Source: an uncultured virus (IMG/VR IMGVR_UViG_3300030061_001171)
Lineage: Duplodnaviria; Heunggongvirae; Uroviricota; Caudoviricetes
Length of the DNA stretch: 64,000 bases
IMG/VR virus record: IMGVR_UViG_3300030061_001171
Strand: one strand, 5' to 3'
The position numbers and the translations under genes are program-made. The notes under the pieces are model-generated. The model made no database searches, was not told where the DNA came from, and worked only from the letters and a program-made list of their open reading frames with translations. Positions 20,101 to 25,378 of this stretch are shown here, piece after piece. Position 1 is the stretch's first letter; every line of letters starts with the position of its first letter.

Positions 20101-21945
20101 CGATCTCCTACTGAATATAAAGATATTATGCTAAACTCTCTTATGCAACAAGAGGGAAATAAACGTGGCTTAACTGGTACTGAAAAAACTAAATTTAAGC
20201 ACGCTTTAAATTACATTAAAAAGACGTATCAGCTTGGAGTCGGAACATTAAAATGGGATGATAAAGATGCAACATCTATTGGTTTCATTAACATGCTTAA
20301 TAAACTCGGTCAATTAGGAGCAGCCGTTAGCGTTGGTCCTAGATTGGCGTTTGCTGCTATGTTGGAAGAAACTCCAATGTCTGTCATTGGTAGCCTTAAA
20401 GCTAACCTAACGGCTATGAATAAATACATGGGAGAAAACATTAGAGTTTTACAGAACAAAGATGAATCTAGAGAATGGCTCCAAGGATTAGGTTTTATTA
20501 CTCAAGATTTAATGTACGAAGCTAACGTTGTGTTATCTAAGATTGGTTTAGATGATAGCAGGGGTATTTCTGAAGGTGGTAATGAGCCTCTAAAGATTGA
20601 TCAAATGATTAAAAGAATTTATAAATTTACTTCAACGGGTTTGGATACTCAGGTTCAGCACAACAGAGCATTCGGTGTCCGAAAAGCAATTACTGATATG
20701 GATCAATTGTTTTACCGAATGACAGATGAACATTCTATCATGATTGATAAAGACGGTAATGAAACCTTTATTTCTCCTAAAGAAGATAAACTTGTGGCTA
20801 CCTTTGATGACTTATACAATATGTTTAAAGGAGTAGACATAAGCAAATACTCTAACTCGGATTTAAATGCTGATCTAAAACAATTAGGATTAGGGGCGGA
20901 CATAAGAAACTTAGTTATGGATATGCTTAAAAACGGATTGTTTAGTGAAGATCTTGCTCCTATATTTAAACACATGTGGAGAAAGTATGGAGATGACATT
21001 AGGCAAAAAGGAATTCCTTTTGATAAAATGTTAAATGATGTTACTTTTGATTATAACTCAGGAGCAGAAATTAGAGCTAAACAGCTACAAGTTATTAACG
21101 CATTTAGAGAAATTATGTTCTTAGCTGCTACTAGGTATGCTAAACAACCCTCGTTGTCCGAGCATCCCGCAACTGGAGCAAGTGCTTTAGGTCCGTTTGC
21201 TAACTTGGCTACCTCTCTTACTACGTATTCATCCACTGTTTACGGAGGATTGCGTAAGGCTGGTTACGCTGGTATGGGCCTTATGGCTAGTGCGGTGATG
21301 GCACACGCTCTGTCTGGTTACATGTACTATAAACTCATTCAGCTTCAAAACTCAAAGAATGTAGATGAAATGTGGGCTGAAATGCAACGAGATCCAATGC
21401 AAGAGTTACAAGAAGCTATTATGTCTGTTCCGTTCTTTGGCATGAACCAGATGGTCATCGCCACCCTCTTACAGGTTCTCCGTGGTCAACGTCCGCAAAA
21501 CACGCAGATCTACAACCTTGCGGGTATTGCTATGGTTAACCGTATGCTTCAGTTACCTACCAGAGTTATCAATGCTTTTGCTTCGATTAACGAAGGTAAT
21601 ACACTAAAGGGTGCAGCTAATGTTGCTGCTATTACTCCTCTTCCGTACTTTGCTTTAGTTGCAGCCGGTATCCGAAGTGGAGAGGGGTTCTTAAATAATA
21701 ATGAATATGACTTTAAGTATTGGTCTCCTTATGAATCAGGCCGTAAAGTTAAGCGTAGCCCTAAAAAGAAATTTGTACGCAATATGAAACCTTCGGCTCC
21801 AACGCCTCAGAGACAACCCCAAGCTGCCCCCACTAGTGAAGGGACAGGACTGACGGGAATGCTTAATGGATTAGCACAAGAGTATTTAAAACTTGAAGAC
21901 GGTGTAAAGAAGAGTTTAGACAGGCGTTTGCTTAAACCTAAATAA
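8116..21945 (+). CDS. Giant internal virion/ejection protein (gp16-like position), 4609 aa, with single-subunit RNAP-like motifs and a zincin-like motif
   Basis: Uninterrupted 13.8-kb ORF; Gly/Ala-rich hydrophobic segments near both ends; EEFDADSSG, KAIFKSPTMTDLYQAG, NVFDS, ILEELGH motifs (see findings). Confidence 0.75.
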   Translation: MPIDFNSENYSKEATEFYEKLRRAEYEKNIAPRTLSDVMSEQLLSDNIGSFIQGSADAAPYIYDTMDSKYILDSFSDVAENLFTPFRVNPVELMEGIRADNDFFTRQIQSIADETDQQRENLGKNEKLEILFQGSPLFTRGVNSALADPENASTYLNSKLFGNIQFATGQRFFDLSNAFDASAYQNAGAAPTFQSVLGKSLNVMGEQANQMKMRMFDKNILEQVIDSLPEDHQLKGVDLDVLFKDQAVQEQIDLANYSPSDNWFTGNLRKMNPFYGEDEYVSYETMFGREDGIDKLLLAEDKSWQGTEDLPGVRDLLAAAIETSDNPQVREYLVKNPHIIEDLKNSKNSVAFSAGLNKRQIEYNIGEFVSRSDGFGVAGTMNMLGYGFTTDPSLPLDILATGVTLGGWALLKGGGRLIQGAAGLSYGIDAALSVKRLNKATNTYETVSRMGRLGTGLRNLNDMVDVGVTKLGRGVENFGDILLNAQRIMPTQIVSELLVPSTLFYFKTGVTKGKGAAGKAKNFYNYLQSGKYLPESTSGKMAYRAVSGAGEGVVWGYLEYEYATSIEDVMNEAFYGEETANAMAYQREQSGAMLQSMLMSGVMGGALAPTIGATFEGVIAAGKALPKATKDIAVGLSESTPFSRNKEPEVSDDVIDKINGKLEEKIAQRNEESRLYRLGQVSKDTLKNIGNRIINNAISGDARIALNLALKDVEFGESETNQTSAVNVLEKEILGLSAKSKRGGLSIKKAVVAVKKALNGERVSPEEFIRRVREDLKQQSTTQKFFIDRKTNFAIEQARQEQQELMGIIEQENVAQKTTDGNEPATAEQVTERQENSNTESDKLITETKKVFDEVEEEVEASKENIEKIENELHKIRTRIKRFKRTGKAGKAKAKEFENQAVKLENKLDELNNILENQLVERVEAVENYKTAVLKKDSENVPFLAGDISDYRKRLKKKLQSDLKGIEGASGAAVMGILGMDNDLINRLMSGPITEEEKAVLMKLKNYDAADSLTEAELNTVRSLIDNDFLESIRGRDISNHEKYFHRLISSGIDPEQAFEAARYYMLAEDLRSIGNNPIKTADEAKIELVKKGLSELEDSDAKIKQFEEAIQKVKDEEDSLLNGDLEKLNFRKRTVERLARAIGIEKVNKKTKEKLIAEVKNKFDKGLSEAEKDSYRKVLSMIGSDSTFFSRESVKRVEGLIEESIKTQEDEIINREINRQLDLDPEYSGLKRKENEVLGPARKTKEETAESMKQFGIEFTEKGRDVLADVPASEFIPENLKAEVKKELDAIRKRQNEIRKEISDRVKQDSKRIIQNKIRLESERIMIESRPPVGFVVPLMRLLMKTSSFLMLQRQKAERVKGSVLEGGFEFDNTISRSDLLGLLATEEMWPLYNKIREMSNGRSDAFDGEVVLAAMKDALYLADKNQSPVFIKSIDDTYNRVFNREIEGTPLFEGEGGVRNQLDFNQEIIDGSIRRAKEWSTLNPNLRYNGEDVTPISIEEWNQNFERRLAKLVETNDKIDSSGLRSPGQIVKRVLDLFNADLPEGLRLKSFDELGGTKDLVSPNRAAAAVVQALTTQREGTSRVTGRRAVAGSRGFVEQASSMGTRRNTKIQERTDSVIADMYSEYDLNDKINHLLKAEYGDIEALYQFVKNFKINPEVIPNRSRDTGMLILPTRAFDSLTDKMPKGIDDAIEANYAHFISSDPAFMSTVHDAVFPMFSSIVVGDAMHFNSRFNIEGTSINPFKGLGWGFPVGIARGGSFQAGVLVASEITFGYKNLFNVARKAYDQKYEKEYGMDFAEFFFGGGLEKLPSEQRKKVQDELFPAITEEFDADSSGSNIMLSIVQGVEGAQALREFFRTILKDLDEEDGTALYDEFIDVNYETVYDQVKKAVIDDLQGDKIDNLLKNNEVELGKYKPSLAMLKKLFEQAEDLDINLKAIFKSPTMTDLYQAGAKTMGDAIYAKFFNKKDVKEKLIKSGLISATDYDSTAILSSSFLGKLFNETAAPNEIAWIKDTLFPNRSGANKITNAKLQEYFNNFKLTREGEIGAGTAIKEDASDLVNAGEQTEAEAVAALEGIVADSEDNDFNTLLKSALGMAKVLTENSFFKDTTQGSKVVASVVDNWLGKVMDNEELKSAIEKGQYDKAKTIYRELATFDTARNIKAQALNSYARQGFKFNKDSFSRMITAMFGGSIKVDDILDNMSPMARRSFEETFYNNLATSDHGRMYVPSGQTMISEKTFRQGEFYSIAEMVNDIDVDLGSLKENIRRLTILDLAIRAAEFTDKLPKIGDEEYTPKTYYDFLNQWEADSQRADQLRAAAIKGLKKVEQNRKVITRSTRENRDELIEKAEILEKMLSKIIDSTGEKRPDRVASVMEEMTGFEETSQVNFLPSAFGFLPKTYTNKFEGAPSGLIRRVQLERSNTVRRLRSLEEARQSFEGTKVSEDPFSLEDFASVSQIPEDLSQIKPLKIRSSVNTNVFDSYVANLDTAPPLPIVAEMTKIELDNFVQNVKNEQITQLQKDGRYDQILLNYYTYSAAQNGLNKNRDIQFKSDEVQDLIDAKKAVQYKNLRNEDLRIALENDIDIQIAQKELDALIDAAIIEKENIVRALTQWGFDAKNRVTDLYSLEGDTIDTIPVKEGVVSVEEAIQHTIYNNDMEAGNLLAWLADDATFLGQILTKEGHVEVVSGKGSDAQIAMNAKVAFAGGDSAALYLALYAMNYAKRHAVQKLLGEDYDVTSLEIAVFSEYWYKKFEGNDVSYLGERHPDLYRKFEETDRATIQDLLDEGTNLASDNFNNDYILKETTRSMPLTEAVANDIKKMFPGIERRLKKQGMTIKDLLMNKSEDSLLDPNKHKVFVNQFGEPTSPHHIKGKARVKLLPVEKLNAVNSIGNKKLFDAIRFAYALDPSGKLPFAKSLSSVIGGHDPFSSRGTSISEVRSNAVMMTQAIKYIMNNKQVEIQKDNRSKVFFGNKSQDAEFLFYLPGTIKSAFDNADNILADSIFEDIGELDNARLNSFKNTDKSSFIRAMELVPLMTSKDGMFNVFRRMETLRRNLRGEDIIDTVDLITDFNENIKPILDEIKQAKWNKMVADTRYDPNTFVNEQNISSNPQSVEAEFARSDQQTTFADIEDSSSFIVNDVELTADPSGPQASFDVELEINHAMSRRTEGNEQGSGLNSIDGVFSDDFFNGQSVAHGRFLGILQNLEAEGTINSSDKLLLKAVFSDKTNSGLLQKLFEKEVKVETDPDISGGRADASVERRIRIAKDLSESFKDISEFGAVGVILEELGHLIGQRMSEEGMTGFLTRAREMLKTKDGFDKFLEAERRIFGDPENRINYKDRKEELIGNIKSEKIDNLELFGPMFAMAVLLGDDVRAFMKGEDGKLLNEGHRMAKHYITRYNHYKDFVDTNIPTFIEATGFGKMVDENLTNITDFSGVRGSSKSVRKRKTSSEIADDLPPNEFSNEGPKKNFRHEENDVDRIDRIIEENTHEGFFYPQNIDTDLNKIQAVSRFMESKIKQVGSGQLVDSPFADIISGMLLGKLSRQTAERLIENVAQPFGSRKFALLGETDKLSGTILFLLQGIDTKSLISSSAFGTNLPTIQGLGLHLKAVFEPLMSGLLNMKVANFTPGMGRNGSPYSPYEAFVNMFWEITMNRDPRIGDKYGKEIKGWQGREAAMQRAQKLMSNMAEKQGQTVDLDDPKLDNLLNRIVDLVEMWSNPENGVWKQILAAQVDSNVFDVKLADRLQTEGVVPIKLSDSTFRNDGTDGIQARELLRNAISSLVERELVKSDLIEEDLFKVIFADSFEGADIDGPTRINMTRLADIYNNEYVNKFTNNSSRAFKELLNDIKSGKLTKSKILSEEEIKVYNKHISEQMERTENQQKMIESIQDKRMKELQSSQMRTSDSVVNKLADLVSEGYMQKFGSSAYSFIGDKFLSTADMFDSPEIRKYLNLDPIEIFTSVMRGQAAQAFDRQVFGNALGMRGFGIGDLINSIDTYFNRSPTEYKDIMLNSLMQQEGNKRGLTGTEKTKFKHALNYIKKTYQLGVGTLKWDDKDATSIGFINMLNKLGQLGAAVSVGPRLAFAAMLEETPMSVIGSLKANLTAMNKYMGENIRVLQNKDESREWLQGLGFITQDLMYEANVVLSKIGLDDSRGISEGGNEPLKIDQMIKRIYKFTSTGLDTQVQHNRAFGVRKAITDMDQLFYRMTDEHSIMIDKDGNETFISPKEDKLVATFDDLYNMFKGVDISKYSNSDLNADLKQLGLGADIRNLVMDMLKNGLFSEDLAPIFKHMWRKYGDDIRQKGIPFDKMLNDVTFDYNSGAEIRAKQLQVINAFREIMFLAATRYAKQPSLSEHPATGASALGPFANLATSLTTYSSTVYGGLRKAGYAGMGLMASAVMAHALSGYMYYKLIQLQNSKNVDEMWAEMQRDPMQELQEAIMSVPFFGMNQMVIATLLQVLRGQRPQNTQIYNLAGIAMVNRMLQLPTRVINAFASINEGNTLKGAANVAAITPLPYFALVAAGIRSGEGFLNNNEYDFKYWSPYESGRKVKRSPKKKFVRNMKPSAPTPQRQPQAAPTSEGTGLTGMLNGLAQEYLKLEDGVKKSLDRRLLKPK

Positions 21946-21963
21946 AAAACCCACAGTATAACA
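21943..21963 (+). promoter_or_regulatory. Candidate phage RNAP promoter (copy 2)
   Basis: TAAAAAACCCACAGTATAACA; its first TAA is the stop codon of the giant gene. Confidence 0.65.
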
Positions 21964-21972
21964 AAAGAGAGT

Positions 21973-22004
21973 GGGAGTCTATAGATTTCTTTCTATAGAC
22001 TCCC
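21973..22004. repeat. Perfect 13-bp inverted repeat followed by AT-rich tract
   Basis: GGGAGTCTATAGA-TTTCTT-TCTATAGACTCCC. Confidence 0.9.
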
Positions 22005-22064
22005 TCTATTATACCTATATATTATTATAACTAAGTACAACTATAGATTTCTGGGGGGAGAACT

Positions 22065-22268
22065 ATGGAAGAACACTTTATTACTATTGGTATCAGCATC
22101 GCTGGACCCGCTCTATTGGGTATCTTCGGACTCGTCTGGAGGCTCACAAGCAAGATTTCATTACATGAAAAACAGATTGAAGCCCACGACAGACGCATCC
22201 GAGAGATGTCAGTGCGGCTTCAGAAACTTGACGATAAGCAATATTCTATTGTAAAAAATATTAAATAA
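22065..22268 (+). CDS. Small membrane protein with coiled-coil tail (possible holin)
   Basis: One hydrophobic segment FITIGISIAGPALLGIFGLVW followed by charged heptad region; SD GGAG. Confidence 0.55.
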   Translation: MEEHFITIGISIAGPALLGIFGLVWRLTSKISLHEKQIEAHDRRIREMSVRLQKLDDKQYSIVKNIK

Positions 22269-22303
22269 TTTCACTGCGGCTATGCCGCTCTCAGGAGTCT
22301 GAC

Positions 22304-22840
22304 ATGTTAAATTACCTCGTTCTAGCTACCCTTCCGTTGTTACCTTTGGATGATACTGATAATGATAATTCAGTAATGGACTACCAAATCTACACTGAGG
22401 GACCACGTACGGTGTACGAGGGGGCTGCTAAACTCAAGTGGGACGAGAACGTAAATGCTTGTGTTGAATACACTTTCGATCTCGTACCGGGACGCTTGGC
22501 GGGATCTGCGATCTCTTCCAATCCGGGTAAACCGCTGCTTCCTTATGATGAAGTTATAATCTCAGACGATGAGATCTATGTTAGCTGGGAGCGGAACCGC
22601 ACTGACTTGTGGCCTACTCCTACGGAGTGCCACCGTAGGTTCCACTTCTTTGTTATTAAAACACAGTTTGATGCGGATGACCTTAGCGCACTCTTGAGTG
22701 ACTGGGGGCCACCTGTAGTAATTGACGTTCCGTGGCCCGGTACTGACTACACCTACGTGTCCCCTTGGGATCTCAATCTGGATATTGTGGTGGACGGTAA
22801 GGACTTGGCAATGCTTCTGGCGGGTTGGAAAATCGATTAG
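22304..22840 (+). CDS. Protein with C-terminal dockerin/EF-hand-like repeats
   Basis: FDADDLSALLSDWG and WDLNLDIVVDGKDLAMLLAGW; hydrophobic N-terminus; SD AGGAG. Confidence 0.7.
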   Translation: MLNYLVLATLPLLPLDDTDNDNSVMDYQIYTEGPRTVYEGAAKLKWDENVNACVEYTFDLVPGRLAGSAISSNPGKPLLPYDEVIISDDEIYVSWERNRTDLWPTPTECHRRFHFFVIKTQFDADDLSALLSDWGPPVVIDVPWPGTDYTYVSPWDLNLDIVVDGKDLAMLLAGWKID

Positions 22841-22855
22841 GGGGTCGGGAATTTA

Positions 22856-22898
22856 CATGGGGGGATATAACAAATTGGCGTAGAATTTCCCCCCTATG
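22856..22898. repeat. G/C-run inverted repeat at the late/early junction (probable genome terminus region)
   Basis: CATGGGGGGA (22856-22865) ... TCCCCCCTATG (22888-22898); gene content switches from late to early here. Confidence 0.5.
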
Positions 22899-22939
22899 CC
22901 CCCCTTCTTTTAATCTGATTCTATGAAAGGAATCAAACA

Positions 22940-23539
22940 ATGTCGTATTCATTCGACTGTTTCTGTACTGCGTTCTCTATGCTTGTTCATGCTATTGCTG
23001 GCGATAAAGCTAGCCTTGACGCAAAAGCCGACAGAGAAAAGGCTGGAAAGCTTGCTCTTGAATTCTTTAAGCAACTGGGACTTGATGTTATTACCCCGCT
23101 TGATCGAATTCGCGGTGCGTGCAAGCACGAGTTGTTTGGCGGCACGGCTGATTACCTTGTAATCCACTTCCCTACACAGTGGATTTGCGTTAAGGGTCGT
23201 GTCTATAGGGTGACTACCATCTGTGAGGTCCATCGGTTTAGGATCGATAAAGCTCAGGACGCAAGAGACTGGGCTTTCGAGATTGAGAAGCCTTGGCGAT
23301 TCCAGACTATTGTTTGGGATAGCGAGACCGGCGAACAAGTTGGCTATGAATTTGAAAGTGACTGCTACGAAGGTGTCACCGATCTTCGTCAGATCATCAA
23401 AGACACTGAGTGGTATCTCACCACTGACATCGACAAGCTCTGCAAAGACATGGCATCAGATATCACTGATGTCGTTCTTGATGAGTTTCGTCGCGTTGGT
23501 TTAGTTGACGAAAACGGTAACTCGACTGAGCGAGAATAA
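22940..23539 (+). CDS. Early hypothetical protein (199 aa)
   Basis: SD GAAAGGA; stop codon lies inside pistol ribozyme 1. Confidence 0.8.
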   Translation: MSYSFDCFCTAFSMLVHAIAGDKASLDAKADREKAGKLALEFFKQLGLDVITPLDRIRGACKHELFGGTADYLVIHFPTQWICVKGRVYRVTTICEVHRFRIDKAQDARDWAFEIEKPWRFQTIVWDSETGEQVGYEFESDCYEGVTDLRQIIKDTEWYLTTDIDKLCKDMASDITDVVLDEFRRVGLVDENGNSTERE

Positions 23540-23597
23540 ACAGCCATTAGGCTCAGAGCGTCGGGCTGTACCCATAACTGGGTACGGCTCGGGTTGG
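23520..23597 (+). ncRNA. Pistol self-cleaving ribozyme 1
   Basis: P1 CUCG/CGAG with loop CUGAGC, linker AAUAAACAG, P2 CCA/UGG, UUAG, pseudoknot GCUCAG, AGCG, 14-bp P3, predicted cleavage G23593/U23594. Confidence 0.93.
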
Positions 23598-23637
23598 ATT
23601 TTGTTTCCACTATCACCCGTTCCCAGAAAGGGACACT

Positions 23638-23871
23638 ATGCCTAAGTATAGCGCAAAAGAAATGGACAAGTTCAGAAACATCGCATCATTCTTCAGAGGG
23701 TTCGACACTACCGTTCGCTCTGGCTCATCAGATGATGCCATTAACATCGTTATCGGAATGGTCAACCGTGACCGTCCGGTTGTCGAGTCCCTCATCAAAC
23801 CACGCAATTCATTTGAAATGCAGAGTGACAGTTGTCCTGAAACTGGCATTGTCTACGGCGATCTTTCCTAA
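23638..23871 (+). CDS. Early hypothetical protein (77 aa)
   Basis: SD GAAAGGGA 5' of ATG; lies between the two ribozymes. Confidence 0.65.
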   Translation: MPKYSAKEMDKFRNIASFFRGFDTTVRSGSSDDAINIVIGMVNRDRPVVESLIKPRNSFEMQSDSCPETGIVYGDLS

Positions 23872-23897
23872 CTCCGTTCTTTGAAAGGAACAAACCA

Positions 23898-24386
23898 ATG
23901 ATTACAATGACCTGCCTTACCACCGAAGAACGTTTCGCTCCTGTGTTCACACAGGACTTCAACGATTCAACATGGGAGGAGGCGGTAGAGCTTGTGTATG
24001 AATGTCTTCGACACCAACACGACGGCCTCAGAGAGGCACGCCGTGAGGCTCAGAAGATGGTTGATGAACAATTGACGGGTCAAAAGCTGACCCATCTTGA
24101 GAAGTTCAAACAACTTCATACACTCACAGCGCAGGCTGCGGATGCGGTGACTTACTGGAATGACAATTTCATGAAGGCACCAGCATGTCGCATCCGAAAC
24201 GTTTCAGAGTGGAAGCTCCACTTCTCAAACGCCTACCGCACGTTGTCACTCAACCCAGAGATTCTCGATAACTTCTCCACTGATGCGAAGTGGGCTATCG
24301 ATAATCTCCGCACTATTGTGTATCAAAACGCAGCAGTGTGCGAGTTCTACTTTGAAGAGTGGGACAACTCGTCTGAGCGAGAATAA
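23898..24386 (+). CDS. Early hypothetical protein (162 aa)
   Basis: SD GAAAGGA; stop codon lies inside pistol ribozyme 2. Confidence 0.8.
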   Translation: MITMTCLTTEERFAPVFTQDFNDSTWEEAVELVYECLRHQHDGLREARREAQKMVDEQLTGQKLTHLEKFKQLHTLTAQAADAVTYWNDNFMKAPACRIRNVSEWKLHFSNAYRTLSLNPEILDNFSTDAKWAIDNLRTIVYQNAAVCEFYFEEWDNSSERE

Positions 24387-24445
24387 ATAGCCATTAGGCT
24401 CAGAGCGGAGAGGCGCACCCTTAACGGGGTGTTGCCTCTCGTTGG
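24367..24445 (+). ncRNA. Pistol self-cleaving ribozyme 2
   Basis: Same core as copy 1 (two substitutions), P3 with different sequence but retained pairing and UAAC loop, predicted cleavage G24441/U24442. Confidence 0.93.
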
Positions 24446-24680
24446 AAAGGAGGTCATGGATGATCTCAGTCACGGACGACGCTTTCTTTCTCGCCTCCGA
24501 AGCCGGTGCTTTGGAGGTTCCGGTACTACTCCGTAGTGCCATCACCCTAACCGATCCACTTGGATCAGGCCCACATGGGCCACGCACCGAACAGACAGGT
24601 GGTTCACTGTCTAGTATTATCCCCATTAGGAAGGCCAGCGTAGGTTCTTCCACTATCACTGTTTGCTTTATACGGAGCAA
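24446..24680 (+). ncRNA. Candidate structured non-coding RNA (multi-hairpin)
   Basis: Six consecutive hairpins directly downstream of ribozyme 2; no convincing long ORF start before 24685. Confidence 0.4.
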
Positions 24681-24684
24681 CAAA

Positions 24685-25224
24685 ATGTTTTACAAAATTG
24701 TTAATGATCGTGCTTTCTGCAACTCCTTCGTGACCATCAAGATCAAGGACAAGGCCATGCGCTACTCCTTTGGTGATCAGGACGCATACCGCCAAAACTT
24801 CATCAAAGATGGGGGAGCGTGGAAGCCAGTGGGTAACATTGTCCTCAGTCCTGACCAGTCTTCGGCAGAAAACGAAGTTCTTCAGGCAATGGTCGATCTC
24901 GATGGTGACAAGGATGCGGTCATCAAGATGGAGCCTTGCGCTGAGTCTCAGCCTCGCACCGTGCGGCTCAAGGCTGTGCGTACTGACCAGACTGTCACTG
25001 ATCTGGGTGATCGCACCATCACTGACCCGGCTCTGATCTATGCCCGCAAGGTTCTGAGCGGCATGAAGCGGTACATCAAGCATGTCTCCGTTATCATCCC
25101 TCTTGCTCACGGGCAGTCTGCTATTTACTCAGCATACCGCGACTTTGATCGCTCATCGTCCTTGGTCATCCGCGACAAGTGGGGTAACTGCCTCTCACGC
25201 CACGAAATCAAGGTAAGCGAGTGA
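24685..25224 (+). CDS. Early hypothetical protein (179 aa)
   Basis: Start moved to ATG 24685 (MFYKIVNDR) after SD GGAG; high-GC codon style. Confidence 0.75.
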   Translation: MFYKIVNDRAFCNSFVTIKIKDKAMRYSFGDQDAYRQNFIKDGGAWKPVGNIVLSPDQSSAENEVLQAMVDLDGDKDAVIKMEPCAESQPRTVRLKAVRTDQTVTDLGDRTITDPALIYARKVLSGMKRYIKHVSVIIPLAHGQSAIYSAYRDFDRSSSLVIRDKWGNCLSRHEIKVSE

Positions 25225-25225
25225 C

Positions 25226-25378
25226 AAGACCCCTCAAGACCTCCCCGCCGAAGACCTCCTCGGTCCATTCCACTATCACACGGTCTCGGACCACCCCCAG
25301 AGAGAGCGGTCTCGGGAGATCCCCGGTAAGAAGCCGTAGGATCCTCCCTAAGATCATCCTCTCTAGGACGGGTCTCGG
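25226..25378. repeat. GC-rich intergenic cluster of short repeats
   Basis: AAGACC at 25226, 25236, 25251; GGTCTCGG at 25282, 25308, 25371; ATCCTC(C/T)CTA at 25341 and 25356. Confidence 0.65.

Noticed and set aside
23520..24445. Direct repeats as CRISPR array or integron attC sites
   Set aside because: Only two copies 847 bp apart, no cas or integrase gene, and the pistol ribozyme fold explains every conserved base
24442..24684. N-terminal 81 codons of track ORF 24442-25224
   Set aside because: Starts at the ribozyme cleavage site without an SD and runs through hairpins; ATG 24685 has an SD
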